This document shows positions 18,842 through 33,695 of a stretch of 64,000 nucleotides of DNA, piece after piece; the stretch's first letter is position 1, and each line of letters starts with the position of its first letter. A program made the position numbers and the translations under genes. The notes under the pieces were generated by a model. That model searched no databases. It worked only from the letters and a program-made list of their open reading frames with translations, and was not told the DNA's origin. Origin of the DNA: an uncultured Holophagales bacterium (lineage in GTDB: Bacteria; Acidobacteriota; Thermoanaerobaculia; Multivoradales; UBA5704); the NCBI GenBank assembly GCA_963842525.1, contig CAWJGT010000011.1, positions 64,001-128,000 on the forward strand, given 5' to 3'.

Positions 18842-20548
18842 ATGAGCAGATCCTTGTCCTGCCGTGCCGTCCTGGCTCTCAGTCTCAGCTTCCTCGCCCT
18901 CCTCGCCATCCGTCCGGCTGCGGCCTCCGATCCTCCGGCGGCGGAGGTCGACGCGGTCTTCGCGGACTCTGCGAAGCCCGACTCTCCGGGGTGCGCCCTG
19001 GGGGTGTACAAGGACGGCCGGATCGCCTACTCCCGCGGCTACGGCATGGCGAGCCTCGAGCAGGGGGTCCCGATCACGCCGAAGACGGTCTTCTACATCG
19101 GCTCGGTCTCGAAGCAATTCACGGCCTTCGCCGTGGCGCTCCTGGCCAAGCAGGGCAGGATCTCGCTGGACGACGACGTGCGGAAGTACATCCCCGAGCT
19201 GCGGGACTACGGCACGCCGGTCACGGTCCGCCATCTGATCCACCACACGAGCGGCCTGCGCGAGAAGTGGGTGCTCCTGCAACTCGCCGGCTGGCGGGAC
19301 GGCGACGTCGTCACCCTCGAAGACGTGCTCGACCTCGCCCGCCGGCAGAAGAAGCTCAACATCAAGCCCGGGGACGAGCACATCTACAGCAACACCGGCT
19401 ACGACCTGCTGGCGATGCTGGTCCAGCGGGTCACCGGCACCTCGCTCCGGGAGTATGCCCAGGAGCAGATCTTCGGCCCTCTCGGCATGAAGGACACCCT
19501 GTTCAACGACGACCGCAACCGGGTCCTCGCCCGCAAGGCCAGTGCCTACTCACCGCGCGAGGGAGGCGGCTTCCGGCTCGACGTGCCGAACGTGGACACC
19601 GTGGGGAGCGGCGGCATCTACACCACTCTCGAGGACCTGGCGCTCTGGGATGAGAGCTTCTATACCGGCAAGCTCGGCGGGAAGGCGCTGATCGAGCAGG
19701 TCGAGGCGCCCGGACGGCTGAACAGCGGCGCGGCGATGGACTACGCCTTCGGCCTCGGCGTGGACGAATACCGCGGATTGCGCCGGGTCTGGCACAACGG
19801 CGCTCTGGCCGGCTTTCGCGCCATCCTGATGCGCTACCCGGACCAGCACCTCTCGGTCGCCCTGCTCTGCAACCATGGCGAGGTCGATCCGGACGCGCTG
19901 GCGCTGAAGGTGGCCGACCTCTATCTCGCCGACCGCTATACCGCGGAGCCGCCGACCCCGCCGCCGGCCACCGCGCCGCCCCAGGCGGTCACCCTGTCCG
20001 AGCAGGACCTCGCCTGGCCCACCGGCCTCTACTACGGGCCCGCAGACAGCCTGGTGCGGCGGATCCTCGTGCGCGACGGCAAGCTCATCTATCACCGCAC
20101 CCCGCAGAACGAGACCGAGCTGGCGCCCCTCGGCCCGCGCCGCTTCGTGATGCTCGGCCCGCCGGTCCGGACCGAGGTGGCGTTCGAGCCCGGTCCGGAC
20201 GGCCCGCCCGCCCGGATGACCGTGACCGCCGCAGGTGCGCCGCCCACGAATTTCCAGGCCGTGGCTCCAGCCCACCGTCTGGTCCTGGACCAGTACGCCG
20301 GCACGTACGCCAGCGACGAGCTGGCCACGACCTACACCCTGGCGGCCCGCGACGGCAAGCTGTTCCTCCAGCGGCACAAGTTCGAGGACGAAGAAATCAC
20401 TCCGGCTTTCGTGGATGCCTTCACCGCCGGAGGCCTCTTCCTCCGCTTCGAGCGCGGGCCGGGCGGCGAGGTCACGGGGTTCTCGGCCTCCGTCCAAGGG
20501 GCCGTCCGGGATCTGCGGTTCGTGAAGGAGCACGGCGTGCTGCGTTGA
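18842..20548 (+). CDS. Secreted serine hydrolase, beta-lactamase/AmpC family
   Basis: Signal peptide; SVSK, YSN, HNG motifs. Confidence 0.9.
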   Translation: MSRSLSCRAVLALSLSFLALLAIRPAAASDPPAAEVDAVFADSAKPDSPGCALGVYKDGRIAYSRGYGMASLEQGVPITPKTVFYIGSVSKQFTAFAVALLAKQGRISLDDDVRKYIPELRDYGTPVTVRHLIHHTSGLREKWVLLQLAGWRDGDVVTLEDVLDLARRQKKLNIKPGDEHIYSNTGYDLLAMLVQRVTGTSLREYAQEQIFGPLGMKDTLFNDDRNRVLARKASAYSPREGGGFRLDVPNVDTVGSGGIYTTLEDLALWDESFYTGKLGGKALIEQVEAPGRLNSGAAMDYAFGLGVDEYRGLRRVWHNGALAGFRAILMRYPDQHLSVALLCNHGEVDPDALALKVADLYLADRYTAEPPTPPPATAPPQAVTLSEQDLAWPTGLYYGPADSLVRRILVRDGKLIYHRTPQNETELAPLGPRRFVMLGPPVRTEVAFEPGPDGPPARMTVTAAGAPPTNFQAVAPAHRLVLDQYAGTYASDELATTYTLAARDGKLFLQRHKFEDEEITPAFVDAFTAGGLFLRFERGPGGEVTGFSASVQGAVRDLRFVKEHGVLR

Positions 20549-20578
20549 ATTACAATCGGCCAGCTTTTCGGACCCTGC

Positions 20579-21098
20579 ATGAACGCGAGACGACGAATCG
20601 TGCTGGCTCTCGCCGTGGCGGCTCTGGTCACGGGGCCGGTTTTTGCCCGGGAGCGTATGTCCACGCCCCGCGAGCGCGCCAAGGCGCTCAAGCTGGCGCG
20701 GGCGCTCGAGACCGAGCCGCTGGGCGCGAAGGCCGTGGATGCCCGGCGCTGGCTGGCGCTCTGGCTGCTCGAGGTCTCGGACCTGCGGGTCCCATTCTGC
20801 CCCGAGGTCCTGGGGGTCGACATCCCGACGCGGGAGCGGCTCCGCACCGAGAGTCCTGGCCCAGATCACCTACTCGGGCATGGCCTATCTGATCGAGAAC
20901 CCGGGCCAGCCGAGCGCCGACGCGGACATCTATCACGCCGGCATCCTGGGAGCGCTCCGCTCCTACGAGGCGATCCTCCGGCTCCAGCCGGCGACGCGCT
21001 TGCCCTTCCTCGACGGCCTTCTGGCCCGGCGCGACGCGGGCGAGCTGGCCGCCTATGTGGCCGAGACCACGAAAGGCTGCTCGGGGAAACACTCGTAG
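20579..21098 (+). CDS. Secreted hypothetical protein (frameshift near 20850)
   Basis: Signal peptide, MSTPRERAKA...LETEPL; continues as LAQITYSGMAYLIENP...GALRSYEAIL. Confidence 0.65.
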
Positions 21099-21100
21099 GA

Positions 21101-21160
21101 GCCCCTCACCCCCCTGGCCCCCCTCTCCCATCCGCCCTCCCTACCTGCGGGAGAGGGGGG
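21101..21160. repeat. REP-like palindromic element (CCCCTCACCCCCTGGCCCCCTCTCCC...GGGAGAGGGG)
   Basis: Between convergent genes; related copies near 7235, 24908, 40447, 43093, 45216, 46053. Confidence 0.75.
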
Positions 21161-21175
21161 AACAAGACGGAGGGC

Positions 21176-22210
21176 CTACGGCAGCGGCAGCAGGGGCGCC
21201 CAGTTCCACTCCGGCCTTTCCCCTCCCGTCAGCGCCATCTCCTGCCGCTCGGTCATGAGGTCGAGCGGCTCGCCGGCGCGGCGGAGGTTCTCGTGCTCCA
21301 GGCGGTTGCTGCGCACCGCGGCTTCCATCCAGGCGGGGCGCTGCGGGGCGGCGAGGTCGCCCGCCAGGTCGAAGGGGAGGAAGAAGGCGTCCTCGGGGGA
21401 GTCGAGGACGCCGCGGTCGGCGGCGTTCCGGGCGAGCGCCCGGTAGAGCGGGGCGAGCTGCGTCAGGAGCGCGCGCCAGGCCTCGCGGAACCGGCCGCGG
21501 TGGCGGTCGTGCCGGGGCACCTCGTGGGGCGCCAGCGCCTCGCGCGCCTCCCGGGCCCGCTCCGGCACCTCCGACCACGCGGGAGCGAGGAGATCGGGCA
21601 GGCCGAAGAGGCGCAGGTCGGCCTCCGCCCCGGTCCGCAGGTCCCAGGCCGCGCGGCTGAGGACCGGCGGCACGTCCTCGCCCGTGGCCCGCGCCCCCCG
21701 CCGGTCGAGCGAGGCGATCAGATCCGCCAGGAAGGCTTCGTTGACCCGCCCCAGCAGCCGCGTGAAATGGGCGCGGAAGCGGCGCCAGAGCTCGTCCGGT
21801 TGCTCGTCCTCCCGCGGCAGCAGCAGGCGGGCGGAGGGAGGGCGGAAGCGGAAGAGCCGCAGGCGGTGGAAGCCGAGGGCCGCCGTCAGGGCGCGCGCCT
21901 CGGCGGGCCGTGCGCCGGCCCCTCCCGGCTCGATCAGGGCCGCCAGCACGTCCTCGCCCCCCGGCACGCCGGCGAGCAGCGGCCGCAGCTCCTTCGCGTC
22001 CAGATAGAGCCGCAGACGGAGGATACGGAACGGCGGCGCCTCCGGCTGGGGGAGCCCCAGGTGATAGAGCGAATACCGCAGGCCTGTCATGGCGGCGTGC
22101 CGCAGCAGGGTCACCCCGAGATGCGACAGGGGCGGGAGCGGACCGGGAGTCAGGAGCGCCCGGCTGTAGGCGGGACGCGGCTCGGCAGTGGGCTCGAATC
22201 TCTCGCTCAA
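21176..22210 (-). CDS. Hypothetical protein resembling the central domain of PEP-utilising/rifampin-phosphotransferase-like enzymes
   Basis: ADRGVLDSPEDAFFL motif; no ATP-grasp or His-swivel domain visible. Confidence 0.5.
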   Translation of the reverse strand: MSERFEPTAEPRPAYSRALLTPGPLPPLSHLGVTLLRHAAMTGLRYSLYHLGLPQPEAPPFRILRLRLYLDAKELRPLLAGVPGGEDVLAALIEPGGAGARPAEARALTAALGFHRLRLFRFRPPSARLLLPREDEQPDELWRRFRAHFTRLLGRVNEAFLADLIASLDRRGARATGEDVPPVLSRAAWDLRTGAEADLRLFGLPDLLAPAWSEVPERAREAREALAPHEVPRHDRHRGRFREAWRALLTQLAPLYRALARNAADRGVLDSPEDAFFLPFDLAGDLAAPQRPAWMEAAVRSNRLEHENLRRAGEPLDLMTERQEMALTGGERPEWNWAPLLPLP

Positions 22211-22295
22211 ACGGCATCTTCCAGGAGCATGTGTGCGAGTCTACGGCAATACGGAACTTTGAATCGACGTCGCGTTGCGGCAGAACGAGCGTTCG

Positions 22296-22324
22296 TTGAC
22301 TTCTCCCGGGGGTGGAAGTATAAG
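22296..22324 (+). promoter_or_regulatory. Sigma70-like promoter of the TonB receptor gene
   Basis: TTGACT-N17-TATAAG about 100 nt before the ATG. Confidence 0.55.
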
Positions 22325-22422
22325 GATCGGAGATTTCTCGTTTCATCGAGTCTGCCGGCCGCCGCAAACCCATCGAAACAGCGTCCGGCTCCAAACATAG
22401 CCCTTAGTCGCAGGAGGTCTAC

Positions 22423-24881
22423 ATGTCCAGGAAGCACGCGTTCGTCCTCGGGTTGAGCCTGCTCCTGCTGGTCGCCGGAGCCGGGCTCGCAATGGCACAG
22501 GACACCGGACGGATCGAAGGTCGGGTCAGCAGCGAGGACGGAATCGGCCTCGACGGCGTCACGGTGCGGATCGATCAGCTCGACCAGGTGGTCCTCACCG
22601 ACGGCGGCGGAGCCTTCACCTTCGAAGGGGTCCCCGCCGGCAGCTACGACCTGAGCTTCAGCCTCGTCGACCGTACGGCGAGCGAAACGGGAGTCCAGGT
22701 GGCCGCAGGGGCCACTCGGACGGTCGACAAGGTAGTGGACTGGGATGTCAGCTTCGCCGACACGATCACCGTGACGTCCGTGTCGCGGCGCGCCGAGCGG
22801 ATCACGGAGGCTCCGGCGGCGGTGACGGTGGTGTCGCAGCAGGAGATCGAGCGCGAGGCGGCCACCGGCCAGATCCCGAAGCTCCTCGAGTTCACCCCGG
22901 GCGTCGACTTCACCCAGAGCGGCCTCTACGATCTCAACTTCAACACCCGCGGCTTCAACAGCTCCCTGAACCGGCGTATCCTGACCCTGATCGACGGCCG
23001 CGATCCGGCGGTGCCGTTCCTCGGCTCCCAGGAGTGGGCGGCGGTCTCCTTCCCGATGGACGATCTGGCCACCGTCGAGCTGGTACGCGGCCCGGGCTCG
23101 GCGCTCTATGGCGCGAACGCCTTCAGCGGCGTGCTGAACATGACCACGAAGTCTCCACGCGGCAGCGAGGGCGGCCTGCTCCGCGTGACCGCCGGCGAGC
23201 TCGGCACCAAACGAGCTGATTTCCGCTATGCCAAGGAGCTGGGCGCAGGGTTCTACGGCAAGATCCTGGCCGGCTACCTGAACAGCGACGACTTCACGGT
23301 GGCGCGCGTGCAGCTCCGTCGAGTACACCACCCCCTGCACTCTGCCGGGCCAGATCAACTGCCTGCGGCTGGAGAGGGTTCCCCTGGAGCTCGACGAGGT
23401 GAAGATCGGCTTCGGCGGGCTGCGGCTGGACAAGTACCTGTCCGAGAGCAAGGTGATCACGTTCGAGGGCGGTACCGCGGACCTCGAGGGGCCCACCTTC
23501 GTCACCGGGATCGGCCGCGTGCAGGTGACCGACGTCAAGCGCCCCTGGGGCCGCCTCAACTTCAATACCCTGCACTGGAACGTCCTGGGCTACTACGATC
23601 AGCGGAAAGCCAACGACCAGATCGCGCTCGCCTCGGGAGCCGCCCTGTTCGAGGACTCCTCCAACCTGCACGGCGAGGTCCAGGCCAACGCCAGCTTCGC
23701 CGCCGGCAAGGGCTTCGTGGTCGGCGGCGTCGCCTATCACGAGCAGGAGATCGACACCGCGAACCGCCAGGGCGTGCAGACGCTGATGGGCGAGGCCAAA
23801 AAGGAGGACCAGCAGGCCGTCTTCGGCCAGCTCGAGTACAGCTTCACGGACACGCTCAAGGGAGTCGTGGCGGCGCGCGTCGACGAGAGCACGCTCCACG
23901 ACACCCAGGTCTCGCCCAAGGCCTCCCTGGTCTGGGCGATCCATCCCAGCCACACGCTGCGGGTGACCTACAACGAAGCGTTCCAGGTCGCCAACTACTC
24001 CGAGTTCTTCCTGCAGGCGCCGACCACCATTCCGGGCACGACGACCTCGTCGCTCAACCTGGCGGCGATCGAAGCGGCGCTCCGGCCCCTCCTCGGCGGG
24101 GTCTCCCTGGGTTTCGGCAACATCCCGGTCCTCGCTCTGGGGAACAAGGACCTTGAGGTCGAGGAGATCAAGAGCTACGAGATCGGCTACAACGCCATCC
24201 TCGGAAGCAAGGCCTATCTGACCCTCGACTACTACAAGAGCGACATCACGAACTTCATCACCGACCTCATCGGCAACGTCTCGGCTGCCGGCCGGACGAA
24301 TCCCAACTTCGGCCCCTACGCGCCGCCGTCCACCCTGTCGGCGCAGGCCCAGGCGACCGTCATCGGACGCTCTTCGGGCGAACCTGCCCGCCTCGCTCTT
24401 CGCCCTGCTGTCAAACCTCCCGAACGGGCAGCCGATCGTCGCCCTGGCGTCCTACACCAACGCCGGCGAGGTGGACACCCAGGGGATCGACGTGGGGCTC
24501 AACTACTACGTCAACAACCAGTGGCTGTTCGATTTCAGCTACTCCTGGTTCGATTTCGACGTCAAGTCACAGGCGGTCGGGGATCAGCTCCTGCCCAACG
24601 CGCCGGAGAACAAGTTTACTCTCGGGCTCACCTTCACGGCTGACCGCTTCTCCTCCTCGCTGAAGTACCGCTGGACGGACGACTTCCCCTGGGCGGCCGG
24701 CGTCTTCGTGGGCGATGTCCCCTCCTACGACCTGGTCGATCTGAGCGCCAGCTACCGCCTGAACGAGCACCTGTCCTTCGGGGTCGACGTGAGCAACCTC
24801 CTCGACGAGGAGCACTGGCAAGCCTTCGGCGGCGACCTGCTCTCCCGCCGGGCCCTGGGGCACGTGACGTTCGCCTGGTAG
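22423..24881 (+). CDS. TonB-dependent receptor (frameshifts near 23300 and 24370)
   Basis: Signal peptide, N-terminal prealbumin-like domain, plug (LIDGR, VELVRGPGSALYGANAFSGVLN), barrel ending VSNLLDE...TFAW. Confidence 0.92.
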
Positions 24882-24947
24882 GACGGCACGGCAGGCGGCC
24901 GGTCTTGCTCCCCCTCTCCCTGGCCTCGGGGTGAGGGGGTTTCCATT

Positions 24948-27815
<2,868 letters not shown>

Positions 27816-27824
27816 GGTCCGGCC

Positions 27825-28490
27825 TCAGGCGCGGACGCTGGAGGATCCAAGCGGCTGGAAGTACTCGGTCCCCTGGATCGGCTTCGCGAGCCGGTGCAAC
27901 AGCTCGTCGAAGTCCTCAGGCCGCTGCGGGAAGTTCAGGTGGCGCGTGTCCACCACCAGCAGCGGCGACCGGTCGTAGTAATGATAGTAGTGATTGTAGG
28001 CGTCGATCAAGCTCCGCCAGGTATTCTTCCGAGATCGTCTTCTCGATCGACCGCGCCCGCTCGTCGGATCCGCTCCATGCAGGTCGCCACGTCCGCCACC
28101 AGGTAGATGACCAGGTCGGGCACCGGAACCTGCGGCTCCAGCAGGGCGAAGAGCTTGTCGAACAGCATCAGCTCGTCGTCGGACAGGTTCAGGTAGGCGA
28201 AGATGCGGTTCTTCTGGAAGGTGTAGTCGGCGACGAGCAGGCGGTCGAACAGCTCGCGCTGCTGCGATCTCCTGCTGCTGCTTGTAGCGCGAGAGGAGGA
28301 AGTAGAGCTCGGTCTGGAAGGCGGCGCCCGGGCGGTCCTGGTAGAAGTCGCCCAGGAACGGGTTGTCCACGTCCTCCAGGATCTTCACGCCCTCGTAGCG
28401 GCGGGTCAGCATCTCCACCAGGGTCGTCTTGCCGACCCCGATCGGGCCGTCGACGGCCAGGTAGTGGAAACCGTGGGCGTCGGGTTTCAA
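27825..28490 (-). CDS. Deoxynucleoside kinase family protein (frameshifted)
   Basis: VDGPIGVGKTT, NPFLGDFY, FLLSRYKQ; TTG start overlaps mqnE stop. Confidence 0.88.
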   Translation of the reverse strand: MKPDAHGFHYLAVDGPIGVGKTTLVEMLTRRYEGVKILEDVDNPFLGDFYQDRPGAAFQTELYFLLSRYKQQQEIAAARAVRPPARRRLHLPEEPHLRLPEPVRRRADAVRQALRPAGAAGSGARPGHLPGGGRGDLHGADPTSGRGRSRRRSRKNTWRSLIDAYNHYYHYYDRSPLLVVDTRHLNFPQRPEDFDELLHRLAKPIQGTEYFQPLGSSSVRA

Positions 28491-29648
28491 CTTGCCGCGA
28501 CGGGGTCTGCGAAGGTCGAAGGAGTCGGCACGAGCGGGTTGTAGAGCGTGTCGCGCTCGACCGGCGCGAAGCCGGCCTCGCGGACGATCCGCTCGAGCTC
28601 GGACCGGGTGAGCTGCTGCGACGTGCCGGCGCCGGCCATGTGGTAGATCTTCTCCTCCACCACCGTGCCGTCCAGGTCGTCGGCGCCGAAGCGCAGCGCC
28701 ACCTGGGCCAGCTTGGGCGTGATCATCACCCAGTAGGCCTTGATGTGCGGGATGTTGTCGAGCACCAGCCGGGAGGTGGCGATGTGGCGCAGGTCGTCCA
28801 TCCCGGTGGTGTGGTACTTGAGCCCCATGTAGTTGTTCTCGGGGTGGTAGGCCAGCGGGATGAAGGCGTTGAAGCCGCCCGTCTCGTCCTGCAGGTCGCG
28901 CAGGCGCAGCAGGTGGTCGACCTTGTGCTCCGGCTTCTCGACGTGGCCGTAGAGCATGGTGCAGTTGCTGCGGATGCCCATCTTGTGGGCGATGCGGTGG
29001 ACCTCGATCCACTCGTCGGCGTCGAGCTTGCCGTCGCAGATGATCTCCCGCACCTCGGGGTGGAAGATCTCGGCGCCGCCGCCGGGGAGCGAGCCGAGGC
29101 CGGCGTCGCGCAGCCGGCGCAGCACCTCCTCGATCGACAGCTTCTCGCGCTTGGCGAACCAGCCGATCTCGATGGCCGTGAAGGCCTTGAGGTGGGCGTT
29201 CGGGAAGCGCTGCTTCAGGCCGCGGAGCATCTCCTCGTACCAGGACATCGGCAGGTCCGGGTGGAGCCCGCCGACGATGTGGAACTCGGTGACCGCGGTT
29301 GCCCCCCTGGTCCGCGGCGTGAGCGTACACGTCCTCGTGGCTCATCTCCCAGGCGTGGTCCTCGCCGGGCAGGGCCGCGAAGCTGCAGAACTTGCAGTTG
29401 TAGGTGTAGACGCAGACGTTCGTCGGGTTGATGTGCCGGTTGACGTTGAAGTACGTCAGGTTGCCGTGCAGGCGCCGGCGCACCGTGTCGGCGAGCTGGC
29501 CGAGGTGGAGCACGTGCGGCGTCGTCAGGCAGGTCAGGGCGTCGGCCGCGTCGAGGCGGACGCCGTCGCGCACCTTGGCCGCGATCTCGCGCAAGGCCTG
29601 CGGGAACGTTTCGGGAAGGATCGGCGGAGGGGTCTCGCGAATCACCAC
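28487..29648 (-). CDS. mqnE: Aminofutalosine synthase, radical SAM (frameshift near 29300)
   Basis: [56 protein letters not shown]. Confidence 0.88.
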
Positions 29649-30511
29649 GCGAGGAGTATATCAAGCGCCGTGGCGGCGAAGAGCCAGACCGAGAGGATTC
29701 CGTTCGCCGTGAAGAAGGCGGCATTGAGCCGCGACAGGTCTCCCGGCCGGACCACCCAGTGCTGGTAGAGGATCAGGAGCAGGCAGCCGGCCCAGCCGAT
29801 CCAGTAGCCGGTCCCCAGGCCAGGCGGGTAGATCCGAGGGAGCAGGGCCAGGAGACCCAGCATGACCGCATGGAGGAGGGCCGAGATCCACAGCGACCGC
29901 ACCACGCCGAACCGGGCCGGGATCGAGAACAGGCCGGACCGGCGGTCGAAGTCGAGGTCCTGGAGGGCGTAGAGGATGTCGAACCCTGCCACCCAGAGGA
30001 GGACCGACGCCGCCAGGACGAAAGGCGTGGGAGCGACGTCTCCCCGCACCGCGATCCAGGCGCCCAGCGGCGCCCCCGCGAGCGACAGCCCCAGGAAGAC
30101 GTGCGAGGCCCAGGTGAACCGCTTGGTGTACGAATAGAGGAAGAGGATCGCCAGGGCCAGCGGCGACAGGTAGAAGGCCAGCGGGTTGAGCTGCCAGGCG
30201 GCGAAGACCAGCACGGCGGCGCTTGCCGCCACGAACAGGGCCACCCAGCGGGGTGTCACCTGTCCGGCGGGCAGGGCGCGGCCGGCCGTCCGCGGGTTGG
30301 CCGCGTCGATCCGCCGGTCCACCAGCCGGTTGAACCCCATGGCAGCGCTCCGGGCGCCCACCATGGCCACCACGATCCAGACCACCGTCCGCCACGAAGG
30401 CCACCCCTCGGCGGCCAGCAGCATCCCCAGGAATGCGAACGGCAGAGCGAACAGCGTGTGCTCGACCTTGATCATCTCGAGCACGGTCGAGAGGGAACGG
30501 AAGAAGGGCAT
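29642..30511 (-). CDS. UbiA-like prenyltransferase (MqnP-type)
   Basis: [38 protein letters not shown]. Confidence 0.9.
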   Translation of the reverse strand: MPFFRSLSTVLEMIKVEHTLFALPFAFLGMLLAAEGWPSWRTVVWIVVAMVGARSAAMGFNRLVDRRIDAANPRTAGRALPAGQVTPRWVALFVAASAAVLVFAAWQLNPLAFYLSPLALAILFLYSYTKRFTWASHVFLGLSLAGAPLGAWIAVRGDVAPTPFVLAASVLLWVAGFDILYALQDLDFDRRSGLFSIPARFGVVRSLWISALLHAVMLGLLALLPRIYPPGLGTGYWIGWAGCLLLILYQHWVVRPGDLSRLNAAFFTANGILSVWLFAATALDILLAW

Positions 30512-30535
30512 GGCGGGCGTATTCTAGCGATCCCC

Positions 30536-32704
30536 TCACCGACCCGCCGGGCCCGCCACCGCCGGCCCGCCCATCCCGAGGGTCTTCACCAGGAAGGACA
30601 GGATGTCGGTGCTCTCCTCGATCTGCTCGGAGAGCGCGGGCGCACCGCCGTGGCCGCCGCGGGTCTGGATGCGGATCAGCGCGGGGGCTTCCCCCGCCTG
30701 GTCGTGCTGGAGGCGGGCGGCGAATTTGAAGCTGTGGCCGGGGACCACCCGGTCGTCGGTATCCGAAGCGACGACCAGCGTCGGCGGGTACTTCGTCCCC
30801 TCCTTGAGGTTGTGGTAGGGCGAATAGGCGTAGAGCGCCTTGAACTCTTCAGGGTTCTCGGCCGAGCCGTAGTCGTCCACCCAGAAGCCTCCCACGGTGA
30901 AGACGTGGTAGCGGAGCATGTCCATGACGCCCACCTCCGGGACCGTGGCGCCGAAGAGGTCCGGGCGTTGCGTCATGGCGGCGCCGACCAGGAGCCCGCC
31001 GTTGCTCGCTCCGGTGATGGCCAGCCGGGCCGGCTTGGTATAGCCGTCCGCGATCAGCTTCTCGGCCGCGGCGAAGAAATCGTCGAATGTGTTCTGCTTG
31101 CGCAGCTTCGTCCCGGCCTTGTGCCACTCTTCCCCATACTCGCCACCGCCGCGCAGACAGGCGAGCGCCACCACGCCGCCGCGTTCCATCCAGGCCATCC
31201 TCTGGGGGTTGAAGCCGGGAGACTCGACGCTGTTGAACCCGCCGTAGCCATGGAGGATGGTCGGGTTGCCGCCGTCCAGCTTCAGCCCCTTGCGGTAGCC
31301 GAGGAACACGGGGACCCGGGTGCCGTCCTTGGACGTGGCGAAGACCTGCCTGACCTCGAAGGCGTCGGGATCGAAGGTCATCTTCGGCTGGTGCAGGACG
31401 CTGGTCGTGCCGGAGACCAGGTCGTAGCGGTAGATGGTATTCGGCCGGTTGAAGCTGGAAAACCGGTAGAGGAGCTCCGTGTCGTCGCGGCTGCCGGTGA
31501 AGTCGCGGCCGGAGCCGGACCCCGGCAGCTCGAGGTCGCGGACGTGCCGGCCGTCGAGGGTGAAGATGCGGACCCAGGCCAGAGCACCCCGCAGGTACTC
31601 CGTGACGAGCGAGTTGCCGACCAGCCCGGCGCCGTTGAGCGCGAGGTCGGATTGCGGGATCACCTCGCGCCAGCTCTCCCGCTGTGGCTCGCGAAGGTCG
31701 ACGGCGATCACCCGCCCCCGGGGCGCCTCGAAGTCGGTCTGGAAGAAGAGGACCGGCCCGTCGCTGCCCACCAGGTTGAAGTACCGGTTCTCGATGCTGG
31801 GGATCAGCGCCTGGAAGGTCCCATAGGGCTCGGAGAGGTCTCGCCAGAGGATGCGGACGATCCTACCCTTGCTCCAGAGGTAGAGCAGAAGGTAGCGGCC
31901 GTCCTCGGTGATCTGCGGGAAGGCGACCTGGTCGGCCTGCTCCGGTGCCTCCCAGACGAGCGGGTCCTCGGGCTGGAGGGTCCCGAGCCGGTGGTAGTAG
32001 ATCTTCTGGTCGCGCAGGGCCACCTGGTATTCGGTGCCCTGGGCCGGCTGGGGGAGGCGGGGGTAGAAGAAGCCCTTGCCGTCGGCCGTCCAGGCCGCGC
32101 AGCAGAGCTTGATCCATTTCAGCACATCGGGCAGGAGCTGGCCGGTCTCGACGTTGAGGACGCGCCAAGTCTGCCAGTCCGAACCCGCCTCGCTGATGGC
32201 GTAGGCCACATAGCGGCCGTCGGGGCTCGCCTCGAAGTCGTCGACCGAAACGGACCCGTCCTTGGACCAGGGGTTGGGATCGAGGAGGACCCGGGGCTCG
32301 TCGAGCAGGGAGGTCTGCACATAGAGGACCTCCAGGTTCTGGCGCCCGTCGTTGGCGAAGAAGAAATAGCGGCCGCCTTTCTTCTCGGGCACGGTGCGCC
32401 GCTCGTAGCTCCACAGCTCCTCCACGCGCTGGCGGATCGCCGTCCGTTCCGGAATGGCCGCCAGCCAGGCGGAGGTGACCTTGTTCTGCGCCTCCACCCA
32501 CTGGCGGACCTCGGGCGCCTGCCGCACGTCCGCTTCGAGCCAGCGGTAGGGGTCGGCCACCGGCACGCCGTGGTAGGTGTCGGTCTGGTCGACCCGCCGG
32601 CTCGCGGGATAGTCGAGCGGGGCTCCGGCGAGCGGGCCGGCGAGGGCGAGGGCCAGGCAGAATGCAGCGGCCCGCGGGACGGAAACGAGGCAGTGTGAGC
32701 GCAT
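30536..32704 (-). CDS. Secreted prolyl oligopeptidase (S9A)
   Basis: Signal peptide, [27 protein letters not shown]. Confidence 0.93.
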   Translation of the reverse strand: MRSHCLVSVPRAAAFCLALALAGPLAGAPLDYPASRRVDQTDTYHGVPVADPYRWLEADVRQAPEVRQWVEAQNKVTSAWLAAIPERTAIRQRVEELWSYERRTVPEKKGGRYFFFANDGRQNLEVLYVQTSLLDEPRVLLDPNPWSKDGSVSVDDFEASPDGRYVAYAISEAGSDWQTWRVLNVETGQLLPDVLKWIKLCCAAWTADGKGFFYPRLPQPAQGTEYQVALRDQKIYYHRLGTLQPEDPLVWEAPEQADQVAFPQITEDGRYLLLYLWSKGRIVRILWRDLSEPYGTFQALIPSIENRYFNLVGSDGPVLFFQTDFEAPRGRVIAVDLREPQRESWREVIPQSDLALNGAGLVGNSLVTEYLRGALAWVRIFTLDGRHVRDLELPGSGSGRDFTGSRDDTELLYRFSSFNRPNTIYRYDLVSGTTSVLHQPKMTFDPDAFEVRQVFATSKDGTRVPVFLGYRKGLKLDGGNPTILHGYGGFNSVESPGFNPQRMAWMERGGVVALACLRGGGEYGEEWHKAGTKLRKQNTFDDFFAAAEKLIADGYTKPARLAITGASNGGLLVGAAMTQRPDLFGATVPEVGVMDMLRYHVFTVGGFWVDDYGSAENPEEFKALYAYSPYHNLKEGTKYPPTLVVASDTDDRVVPGHSFKFAARLQHDQAGEAPALIRIQTRGGHGGAPALSEQIEESTDILSFLVKTLGMGGPAVAGPAGR

Positions 32705-32772
32705 CGAAAGCTCCTCCGGTCGGGGTCCGGGCAAGGAGCATTCAGGATAGCAGGATGGGGGCGGAGGCCTGC

Positions 32773-33291
32773 TCACCTCTGTAGATGAGGCCCAAGCCCC
32801 GACCAGCCCAGGGACCAGGAGACCAGCCAGTCGTCGCCGTTGCGGAAGATGCCGGCCCGGACCATGGAGTTGAAGATCGGGAAGACCAGGGTCTGTCCCT
32901 CGAGGCCGACGTAGGTCTTGCCCGGATCGGCGTGCCAGGGATGGCCCCAGGTCCGCAGGACGGTCGCCCGGACCAGAGCGTGCCCATAGACCGAAACGGC
33001 CCCGTAGCCGGCGCTGAGCTTGCCGCCCCCGAGGCCGGGCTCGGCGGAAAGGACGAAGCCGGTCCCGCCGTAGGGGCTCGTGCTTTTCCCGACATAAAGG
33101 CCAAGGCCGGCGCTCAGCTTCTGCGGAGTCCCGGCCGACACGTCCGCAAGGGTCGTCACGACCCGCTTGCCCTTCCACGACGACGGCTCCGGATCGGAAG
33201 GCGTCTCCTGGGCTTCCTGGCCGAGGACGGCGGTCGCCGCGAGGAGAAGAGCCGGCAGGGCGGTCAGGACCACTCGGACGCGTGATCTCAT
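32773..33291 (-). CDS. Secreted hypothetical protein (beta-strand rich)
   Basis: Signal peptide; AEPGLGGGKLS, LRTWG, YVGLE. Confidence 0.65.
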   Translation of the reverse strand: MRSRVRVVLTALPALLLAATAVLGQEAQETPSDPEPSSWKGKRVVTTLADVSAGTPQKLSAGLGLYVGKSTSPYGGTGFVLSAEPGLGGGKLSAGYGAVSVYGHALVRATVLRTWGHPWHADPGKTYVGLEGQTLVFPIFNSMVRAGIFRNGDDWLVSWSLGWSGLGPHLQR

Positions 33292-33653
33292 GGCCGGATC
33301 TCGACTGCCGCTCCGTCGGGGACGGCGTCCCAGATCTCCTCGATCTCTTCGCTGGTGACCGCGATGCACCCTAACGTCCAGTCGGTCAGCCGGTGCCGTG
33401 AGCCGACTTCCGCTTGGCCGTTGGGCAGGCCGTGGATCATGATGTCGCCCCCCGGGGAGCAGCGGAGCTTGCGGGACTGCGCCCGATCCTCGGTGTTGGG
33501 ATAGGAGACGTGGAGGGACCGGTGGAACGCCGAATGCGGGTTCCGGTAGTCGATCCGGTAGATCCCTTCCGGCGTCCGCTTGTCCCCTTGGCACCGCTTC
33601 GGTTCGATCGGATTCGGGCATAGCGGTTCCGGTCCGGGTCCTGGTCGCTCCAT
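33288..33653 (-). CDS. L,D-transpeptidase family protein, N-terminally truncated
   Basis: GDKRTPEG, SYPN, GGDIMIHG, WTLGCIAV; no signal peptide or first strands. Confidence 0.75.
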   Translation of the reverse strand: MERPGPGPEPLCPNPIEPKRCQGDKRTPEGIYRIDYRNPHSAFHRSLHVSYPNTEDRAQSRKLRCSPGGDIMIHGLPNGQAEVGSRHRLTDWTLGCIAVTSEEIEEIWDAVPDGAAVEIRP

Positions 33654-33695
33654 CGTCGTCCTCGCTCTACGGGGATTGGACCGGGGCTGGGTGTG

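Noticed and set aside
18842-20548. Antibiotic-resistance beta-lactamase
   Set aside because: The long C-terminal extension fits the broad serine hydrolase family; resistance cannot be inferred.
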